Assembly: GCA_016235455.1 (NCBI GenBank)
Contig: JACRKZ010000008.1
Coordinates: 51,584-115,583, forward strand
DNA: 64,000 bases
Reading direction: 5' to 3'
Origin: Armatimonadota bacterium
Lineage (GTDB): Bacteria > Armatimonadota > UBA10988
The position numbers and the translations under genes are program-made. Under the pieces are notes generated by a model that did not search any database, was not told where the DNA came from, and saw nothing but the letters and a program-made list of their open reading frames with translations. Below, one piece after another: positions 57,571 to 64,000 of this stretch. How positions within the stretch are numbered: position 1 is the first letter of the stretch; each line of letters starts with the position of its first letter.

Positions 57571-58533
57571 CTACACGCCGTTGACCACGTTCTTCGGCGC
57601 GCCCGCCAGGAACGCCGCCACATTGTCCGCGGCCACCGCCAGCAGACGGCGGCGCGCCGCCACGCTGGCCCAGGCATAGTGCGGCGTGATCACGCAGTTG
57701 CGACAGCTCAGCAACGGGTTGTCGGCGAGCGGCGGCTCGGTTGACAACACATCCACCCCCACGCCGGCCAGGCGACCGTCATTGAGCGCCGCGGCCACAT
57801 CGGCCTCGTTCAGCAACGGCCCGCGCGCGGTGTTGATCAGGTAGGCCGTCGGCTTGGTCCGGGCCAGGAACGCCGCGTCGACCAGCCCCGTGTTCTCCGC
57901 GGTCAGCGGGCAGTGCAGACTGATCACATCAGCTCGCGCGGCCAGCGCCTCCAGGGCCACCAGTTCCACGCCAGGCACTTGGCGCGGCGTGCGCGTGGCG
58001 GCGATTACGTTCATGCCCAGCGCCTGCGCCACGCGTGCCACAGCCTGGCCAATGCCGCCCAGCCCGATGATGCCGAGCGTCAAGCCATCGAGCTCGACGA
58101 GCGGCTGGTCGAAGAAGCTGAAATCGGGACTGCTGACCCAGCGACCTTGATGGACCAGATCGTCGTGGTGGCCTACGCGATGCGTCAGCTCCAGCAGCAG
58201 CGCGAAGGTCACCTGCACCACCGAGGCCGTGCTGTAAGCCGGCACATTGGTCACCACGACGCCGCGCTCGCGGGTCGCGTTGAGGTCGACCACGTTGTAG
58301 CCGGTGGCCAGCACGCCGACATAGCGCAGGTCGGGCAACGCCGCGACCTCTGTCCTGTTCAGCAGCACCTTGTTGGTCAGCACCACCTGCGCGCCCGCGG
58401 CGCGTGCCACCGTCAGGTCGGCCGGCGTGCGCTCCCACACGGTCAACTCGCCCAACGCCTCCAGCGCCGACCAGCTCAGGTCGCCGGGGTTCGCCGCATG
58501 ACCGTCCAGCACCACAATCCGCGCAGCCGCCAT
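57571..58533 (-). CDS. D-2-hydroxyacid dehydrogenase (glycerate dehydrogenase-like)
   Basis: NPGDLSW, LATGYNVVD, GLGGIG, LHCPLT, INTARG, DVLSTEPP, ITPH. Confidence 0.93.
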   Translation of the reverse strand: MAAARIVVLDGHAANPGDLSWSALEALGELTVWERTPADLTVARAAGAQVVLTNKVLLNRTEVAALPDLRYVGVLATGYNVVDLNATRERGVVVTNVPAYSTASVVQVTFALLLELTHRVGHHDDLVHQGRWVSSPDFSFFDQPLVELDGLTLGIIGLGGIGQAVARVAQALGMNVIAATRTPRQVPGVELVALEALAARADVISLHCPLTAENTGLVDAAFLARTKPTAYLINTARGPLLNEADVAAALNDGRLAGVGVDVLSTEPPLADNPLLSCRNCVITPHYAWASVAARRRLLAVAADNVAAFLAGAPKNVVNGV

Positions 58534-58559
58534 CGTCTGACCACCTCACAGCCTGCCTG

Positions 58560-59708
58560 TTAGCCCTCGACGGCCGTCCCCCTGCCGCCGCGGCCGCCGC
58601 CTTCCGTTCCCGCGCGCGTCAAGCACCGCTCATAGACCGCCTGGTATGCCTCCACCATGGCCTGGCGGCTGTACCGGGCCTCGGCAACCGCTCGGCCGGC
58701 CTGACCCCAGGCGGCGCCGGTCTCTGCGTCCAGCCGGTTGAGCGCCGCGGCGAGCGCCTCGACATCACCGCTGGGCACGAGCAGCCCGGTCCGGTCCGAC
58801 TCCACCAACTCGGCCAACCCGCCCACGGCGGTGGCCACCACGGGCAGGCCGGCAGCCATGGCCTCGATGACCGAGATAGGCAGGCCCTCACTCAGCGAAG
58901 TGAGCACGAAGCCATCGAGCGCGGCCAGGACCGTCGGCACGTCGTCGCGGCGACCCAGGAAGCGCACCCGCCCGGCGAGGCCCAGGCTCGCGGCCAGGGA
59001 CTCCAACTCGCCGCGCAGCGGGCCGTCGCCGGCGATGACCAGATGGGTCGAGTGGCGGATGCGGGCCAGCGCCTGTAGCATCAGCGCCTGGTGCTTGATG
59101 GGCACCAGCCGCGCGACGGTGCCGAGCAGCCGGGCCTCGGCGGGCAGGCCCAGCGCGGCGCGCGCCTCCGCGCGCGGCATCACCCCGTAGGCGGCCAGAT
59201 CGATGCCGTTGTAGATGACCTCAACTCGTTCGGGGGCCAGGCCGTGCTCGGCGATGAGCACCTCGCGCACGCCCGCGGCGTCAGCGATGACCACCGACGC
59301 GAGCCGGCTGAACGCCGGTTGCGCGCGCCACAGCAGCCGCTCCTCGGGCCGCAGGTTGCTGTGCTCGGTATAGAGCGACGGAATGCCCGCCAGCAGCGCC
59401 GCTGGCCCGCCGTGGAAGTAGCGGCCGAAGTTGTGAGCATGGAGCAGCCCGATGCGCTGGCAGCGAAGCCAGCGGCGGAGCCGGAGCGCGACCTCCACCG
59501 GCCGGCCGACGACGACATGGCGCTCGATGCCCGCCTCGTCGAACACGCCGCCCATGGCCTGGTCGTCGGTGAGCGACACGCAGACCGGCTCGAACCGAGC
59601 CCGATCGAGCCCGCGCGCCAGGTCGAGGAGGACCCGCTCCAACCCGCCCCAGCCCAGCGAATGGCTGACCAGGGCAACGCGCACGGGTTTGCTCGGAGGA
59701 CTGGACAT
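58560..59708 (-). CDS. Glycosyltransferase family 4
   Basis: GGLER, YTEH, IYNGID, GDGPLR, SLSEGLPISVIEAMAAGLPVVAT. Confidence 0.93.
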   Translation of the reverse strand: MSSPPSKPVRVALVSHSLGWGGLERVLLDLARGLDRARFEPVCVSLTDDQAMGGVFDEAGIERHVVVGRPVEVALRLRRWLRCQRIGLLHAHNFGRYFHGGPAALLAGIPSLYTEHSNLRPEERLLWRAQPAFSRLASVVIADAAGVREVLIAEHGLAPERVEVIYNGIDLAAYGVMPRAEARAALGLPAEARLLGTVARLVPIKHQALMLQALARIRHSTHLVIAGDGPLRGELESLAASLGLAGRVRFLGRRDDVPTVLAALDGFVLTSLSEGLPISVIEAMAAGLPVVATAVGGLAELVESDRTGLLVPSGDVEALAAALNRLDAETGAAWGQAGRAVAEARYSRQAMVEAYQAVYERCLTRAGTEGGGRGGRGTAVEG

Positions 59709-59787
59709 GGCCAATATGACACTCCGTCGCCACAGGAAGGTCCAGCCCGGCGCCGAACCTGGGCGGAGTCCAGCAGGAGGATCATCC

Positions 59788-61089
59788 ATGGAGCAGACTC
59801 CGGCCACCCCCTCGACCCTGGCGCCACGGCGGCACTTCCTTGCCGGCATGGCCGGCACCGGCCTGGCGTTGGGCGCGCCGCTGATTCTCGGCGGCCCGGC
59901 GGCGGCCCAGGCGCGCACGCACAAGATCGCCCTGATCGGCTGCGGCGGTCGCGGTCGCGGCGCCGTGCAGGATTCGCTCGACGCCGCCAAGATTCTGGGT
60001 TGCCAGGTGCAAGTGGTGGCCATGGCCGACTGGTTCCGCGACCGCGCGGTCAACGCCGGCAAGCAGTTTGGCGTGCCGGAAGAGCGCTGCTACGGCGGCC
60101 CGCGCGCCTACCAGGAGGTCATGGCCGGCGACGCCGAGATCGTCATGATCGTCGGCGCACCGCTGTTCCGCCCGCTGCACCTCGAAGCCGCCATCCGCGC
60201 GGGCAAGCATGTCTTCATGGAGAAGCCAGTGGCGGTCGACCCGCCGGGCTGCCGCCGCGTCATCGCCGCGAGCGAAGAAGCGAAGCGCAAGGGCTTGATC
60301 ATCGTGGCCGGCACCGAGCGCCGGCACATGCACGAGTACCGCGAGACGCATCAGGCGCTGGTCGTCGAGCAGCAGCTGGGCAAGCTGTATGGCGGGCGCA
60401 TCTCGTTCTCCATCGGCCACATGTTCTGGACGCGGCCGATCAACCCCAAGACTCCCGACGACCTGGTGCGCACCTGGCAGAACTGGCAGTGTCTGTCGGG
60501 CGACCACATCGTCGAGCAGCATGTGCACAACATCGACACGGCGTTGTGGTTCTGCGGCCGGCCGCCAGTCAGCGCCATCGGTTTCGGTGGGCGCGCGCGG
60601 CGCAACGCCGGCGACATGTACGACAACTTCAGCGTCGACTTCAACTTCGGCGACGGCCTGCACATCCACAGCGTCTGTCGCCAGATCAACGGCTGCTGGA
60701 ACTGGGACGGCCAGGACTTCGTGTTCGCCAATGGCCACTCCAACGGCAGCGACTACCCCAAGCCCAAGACCTCGGCCATCCCGGCCGACCAGCCCAAGGG
60801 GCCGTCGGACCACGTGCAGGAACAGATCGACGTGCTCTACTCTGTGCAGAAGGGCAAGCCACTGGACGAGGCCCGCGCCGTGGCCGAATCCACCGCCGCC
60901 GCGGTCATGGGCCGCATCTCCGCCTACACCGGCAAGGAGGTGTTCTGGGACGAGGTCATGGGCAACCCCGACAAGAAGCCCGACCTCTACAACCTGGCCC
61001 TGCACCCCACCGCCGAGGAGTTCGAGACCGGCGGGTTCGACATGCCGACGGAGAATGTCGTGCCGCTGCCGGGCCTGGCGCAGCGCTAG
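59788..61089 (+). CDS. Tat-exported Gfo/Idh/MocA oxidoreductase
   Basis: AGGAGG RBS, PRRHFL twin-arginine signal, IGCGGRGRG, FMEKPVAVD, EQHVHNID. Confidence 0.9.
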   Translation: MEQTPATPSTLAPRRHFLAGMAGTGLALGAPLILGGPAAAQARTHKIALIGCGGRGRGAVQDSLDAAKILGCQVQVVAMADWFRDRAVNAGKQFGVPEERCYGGPRAYQEVMAGDAEIVMIVGAPLFRPLHLEAAIRAGKHVFMEKPVAVDPPGCRRVIAASEEAKRKGLIIVAGTERRHMHEYRETHQALVVEQQLGKLYGGRISFSIGHMFWTRPINPKTPDDLVRTWQNWQCLSGDHIVEQHVHNIDTALWFCGRPPVSAIGFGGRARRNAGDMYDNFSVDFNFGDGLHIHSVCRQINGCWNWDGQDFVFANGHSNGSDYPKPKTSAIPADQPKGPSDHVQEQIDVLYSVQKGKPLDEARAVAESTAAAVMGRISAYTGKEVFWDEVMGNPDKKPDLYNLALHPTAEEFETGGFDMPTENVVPLPGLAQR

Positions 61090-61091
61090 CT

Positions 61092-61115
61092 GTGGTGGCG
61101 CGGGCGCGCCACCAC
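61092..61115. other. Intergenic 11-bp hairpin abutting the next RBS
   Basis: gtggtggcgcg-gg-cgcgccaccac immediately followed by GGAGG. Confidence 0.5.
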
Positions 61116-61127
61116 GGAGGTAGTCCG

Positions 61128-62678
61128 ATGCACTCGCGTTTTTCCCTGGCAGCCGCCGCGGCGCTGCTCTCGATGCTGGTAGCCGCCGCCGCGGAGGAGA
61201 ATCGCATGGCCCCCACGGATCGACCGGTCAACTATGAGGCGTTCGGCGCCGTGGGCGACGGCGTCAACGACGATCTGCCGGCCATCGTCGAGGCCCACGC
61301 CTTCGCCAACGCCCACGGTCTGGCGGTCAAGTCGAAGCCCGATGCCACCTACCATCTCGGCCGCCGCGCACTCACGGCGGTCATCGCCACCGATGTCGAC
61401 TGGAGCACGTCGCGCTTTGTCATCGATGACCGCGACGTGGAGAACCACCGCGCCTCGCTGATCAGCGTGCGCTCGATGCTCACCCCAGTCCAGCTCAAGA
61501 TCGACCGGCTGACGCGCGACCAACGCCAACTCGACGTCAGGCCGCCGCGCGACTGCTGGGTGCGCGTGGAAAACAGTCAGAAGCGCCTGTACATCCGCCA
61601 AGGCCTGAACCAGAACGACGGCACCCCGCAGCGCGACTGCTTCATCCTGCGCCGCGATGGGTCGATCGAGGGCGACATCGACTGGCAGTACGACACCATC
61701 ACCAAGGTTGAGGCGCTACCCATCGATGACCAGCCGCTGACGCTGCGCGGCGGCATCATCACCACCCACGCCAACGCCATGCGCCAGGAGAAGGGCTACA
61801 ACTACTGGGCACGCAACATCGCCATCACGCGCTCCAACACCACCGTGGTCGGCCTGACCCACAAGATCGTCGGCGAGACCGAGGTGGGTCACCCGTACAG
61901 CGGGTTCATCACCTTCAGCCGCTGCGCCAACGCCACGCTGCGGGACTGCCAGGTCAGTGGCCACCGCACCTACTCGACCATTGGCGCGGCGGGCAAACCG
62001 GTGAGCATGGGCACCTACGACATCAGCGGCAACGAAGTGGTGAACCTGCACCTGGTTGGCTGCCGACAGGACGACATCTGCGATACCAGCCGCTGGGGCA
62101 TCATCGGCACCAACTTCTGCAAGAACATCGTGCTGGAGGACTGCACGCTGTCGCGCATGGACACGCACCAAGGCGTCTCCGGCGAGTACACGATTCGCCG
62201 GTGCACGCTGGGCCATGCCGGGCTCAACGCCATCGGTCGCGGCACGCTGACCATCGAGGACTCGACGCTCAACGGCCGGTCGCTACTCAGTCTGCGCGGC
62301 GACTACGGCAGCACCTGGGAGGGCGAGGTAATCATCCGCCGCAGCCGTTGGATCCCGGGTTGCGGCGCCAAGGTCCAGCCCTATCTGCTGAGCGCGGGCA
62401 ACGACGGCACCCACGACTTCGGCTACCCGTGCTACATGCCGCGCCAGATCACCATCGACGGCCTGACCATCGAGGACAAGAACGTGCCCGACGGCTATCA
62501 GGGCGCCTACCTGTTCTCCGATCCCGACGGCGGCAACTCCCCGGGCGAGCGGCCGTTCCCCTATCGCCTGACCGAGAAGGTGACGCTACGCGGCGTGTCC
62601 ACGGCCAGCGGGCTGAAGCCGCGCGTCTGCCCCGACGCCCGGTTCGCCGAGCGGGTGACGGTGGTGGTGGAGAAGTAG
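61128..62678 (+). CDS. Secreted right-handed beta-helix (pectin lyase-like) protein
   Basis: Signal peptide, YEAFGAVGDGVNDD start motif, repeated short strands (NATLRDC, NIVLEDC, YTIRRC, LTIEDS). Confidence 0.75.
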   Translation: MHSRFSLAAAAALLSMLVAAAAEENRMAPTDRPVNYEAFGAVGDGVNDDLPAIVEAHAFANAHGLAVKSKPDATYHLGRRALTAVIATDVDWSTSRFVIDDRDVENHRASLISVRSMLTPVQLKIDRLTRDQRQLDVRPPRDCWVRVENSQKRLYIRQGLNQNDGTPQRDCFILRRDGSIEGDIDWQYDTITKVEALPIDDQPLTLRGGIITTHANAMRQEKGYNYWARNIAITRSNTTVVGLTHKIVGETEVGHPYSGFITFSRCANATLRDCQVSGHRTYSTIGAAGKPVSMGTYDISGNEVVNLHLVGCRQDDICDTSRWGIIGTNFCKNIVLEDCTLSRMDTHQGVSGEYTIRRCTLGHAGLNAIGRGTLTIEDSTLNGRSLLSLRGDYGSTWEGEVIIRRSRWIPGCGAKVQPYLLSAGNDGTHDFGYPCYMPRQITIDGLTIEDKNVPDGYQGAYLFSDPDGGNSPGERPFPYRLTEKVTLRGVSTASGLKPRVCPDARFAERVTVVVEK

Positions 62679-62696
62679 GCCGAGGCCACCGCCGCA

Positions 62697-62710
62697 CCAG
62701 GCACGGCGTG
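62697..62710. repeat. Direct repeat copy 1 (ccaggcacggcgtg) flanking hicAB
   Basis: Identical to 63327-63340. Confidence 0.6.
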
Positions 62711-62725
62711 CGGTGCGGGATGGGG

Positions 62726-62953
62726 TTACGCGGCGAGGGCCGAGGCGGAAGGGGTCGGCATCGGCTGGCCCTGCTCTACGTACCACGCCAGCGAGAGCGC
62801 AATCGCTTCGTAGGCGTTGGCCAGCGCCTCCTCGGGCGTGTCGCCGTTGGTGTAGACGCGCGGGAAGTCCGGAATCCTGGCGATGAACCCCTCGTCGGCG
62901 TCGGGCAGGATGGTCACGGCGTAGCGTCGCGCTTGCTGCTCAAGGTTGGTCAT
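62726..62953 (-). CDS. hicB: HicB-family antitoxin (short, no DNA-binding domain)
   Basis: YAVTI...GFIARIPDFP.VYTNGDTPEEALANAYEAI...GQPMPTP; GGAGG RBS. Confidence 0.9.
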   Translation of the reverse strand: MTNLEQQARRYAVTILPDADEGFIARIPDFPRVYTNGDTPEEALANAYEAIALSLAWYVEQGQPMPTPSASALAA

Positions 62954-63215
62954 CGTCCGCCTCCTGCGCTCTGCTGTCGTCCCAGACGGCCAGCAGGTCA
63001 TCCACGGCGCGCGGGCTCACATGGGTCTTCCCGCCATGCGGCCTGACCACGGTGATGTAGCCGCTGCCGTCTGGCGACGAGAAGCGTTGGTGGCTGCCTG
63101 TTCCGCTGGACACCGCCGACCAACCGAGCGCGCCGAAGACCCGTACCAGCTCATCGTAGCGCAGCGCCTTGCGGTTCGCTCGAATCTTGGCCACCAGCTT
63201 CTCGATCGCCGCCAT
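62940..63215 (-). CDS. hicA: HicA-family toxin (dsRBD-fold mRNase)
   Basis: LRYDELVRVF..LGW...GSHQRF, VVRPHGG; overlaps hicB. Confidence 0.88.
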   Translation of the reverse strand: MAAIEKLVAKIRANRKALRYDELVRVFGALGWSAVSSGTGSHQRFSSPDGSGYITVVRPHGGKTHVSPRAVDDLLAVWDDSRAQEADDDQP

Positions 63216-63301
63216 GGCGTGCATGGTACACCAATCCGGGTGCCTCATCGTGACCCGCAAGTGCCGGTGGGTGGCCAGCATTCCCAGTGCCACCACAACC
63301 C

Positions 63302-64000
63302 TCACCAATCCAGCCGCACCTCCGGTCCAGGCACGGCGTGAGGCTCGGGCAGCCGGAGCACGCGCCGCACCTCGCCCGACCACAGCGTGAGCTGGTAGCT
63401 GCCCGCGGGCAGCCCCTCGAACGCGAAGCGCCCATCGCGGTCCACATCGGTCGAGCGCAGCGCGGCGTCGCTCCGCGCGGTGACCACCAGCTTGGCAGGG
63501 AGCTTGCCGCCGACACGACCGCGTAGCGTGTGGGTGCCCGGCGCCGGCTGGGCCACCTCCAGCGTCTGGCCGTCGCCCAGCGTCGCCCTGACGAACACGC
63601 TACCGAGCCAGCTACCGGGCACTGCCAGGCGGAAGTCGCCGGCGGGGAGACCGGTCATGCGCCAGGCGCCGTCGGGCTGGGTCAGCGCCACGGCCACTGG
63701 CGTCAGGCTCTCGCCGCGATAGGCCACCACCGTCTCGATGCCATAGACCGCCTCGTCGCGATGGCCCATCGCCACGAAGCCATGCAGCACGCCACGGCCC
63801 AGGGTCAGCGGCACCTCCAGCGCGACCGGCCCGGCGGCGGGAATGTCGACTTCCTGGTCGGCCAGCGTGAGCCGCGCCGCCGCTCGCCCGCGCGGAGACG
63901 CCACGCGCACCACCAGCCGCTGCCGGCCCGGCTCCAGGGCGATGGTGAAGGTGCCGTCGGCCCGCGCGTGAACCGCCTCTTCGCCGCACGGCATGACCCA
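63302..64000 (-). CDS. Carboxypeptidase-regulatory-like (beta-sandwich) repeat protein, 5'-truncated by window edge
   Basis: Repeated xDGxF/W...GLPAGxY/F motifs (ADGTF, PDGAWRMTGLPAGDF, RDGRFAFEGLPAGSY). Confidence 0.75.
   Translation of the reverse strand, partial: WVMPCGEEAVHARADGTFTIALEPGRQRLVVRVASPRGRAAARLTLADQEVDIPAAGPVALEVPLTLGRGVLHGFVAMGHRDEAVYGIETVVAYRGESLTPVAVALTQPDGAWRMTGLPAGDFRLAVPGSWLGSVFVRATLGDGQTLEVAQPAPGTHTLRGRVGGKLPAKLVVTARSDAALRSTDVDRDGRFAFEGLPAGSYQLTLWSGEVRRVLRLPEPHAVPGPEVRLDW
63327..63340. repeat. Direct repeat copy 2 (ccaggcacggcgtg), inside the 3' end of the upstream CDS
   Basis: Identical to 62697-62710. Confidence 0.6.

Noticed and set aside
59091-62678. 1195-aa ORF, and similar N-terminal extensions (39258-42548, 58560-60062, 497-2476)
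   Set aside because: The extensions overlap other genuine genes; internal starts with RBS or signal peptides explain the real proteins

Overview
A 64 kb, very GC-rich, gene-dense bacterial chromosome segment with about 56 CDS. Gene content and order suggest an Armatimonadota-like organism, but that is inference. It holds mostly core and carbohydrate-use genes: a partial PBP2; a type IV pilus motor cluster (pilB-pilT-pilC-pilD) behind mltG-yqeG-aroE; three orphan histidine kinases; a GldA/F/G-like ABC operon with a DUF4340 gene; argC, purD, dnaB, rplI, ssb, rpsF, rimO and mtaB; several large secreted glycoside hydrolase-like proteins; two tandem hemerythrins; and a hicAB module. I saw no rRNA, tRNA, CRISPR array, integrase or transposase. 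The best candidates for new biology are: (1) a tightly coupled 7-gene operon glnD-rimO-rsbS-rsbT-rsbX-rsbR-ACT that puts a nitrogen sensor and a rearranged stressosome on one transcript with no sigma-factor output; (2) a ~140-nt rod-shaped candidate RNA with its own consensus promoter in front of the Gld-like ABC operon; (3) apparent pseudo-enzymes (CE4-like, GH42-like) and His-to-Asn hemerythrins; (4) a perfect 28-bp inverted repeat and a hicAB module flanked by direct repeats; (5) repeated signatures of leaderless mRNAs. All calls come from reading motifs by eye; no database searches were run.
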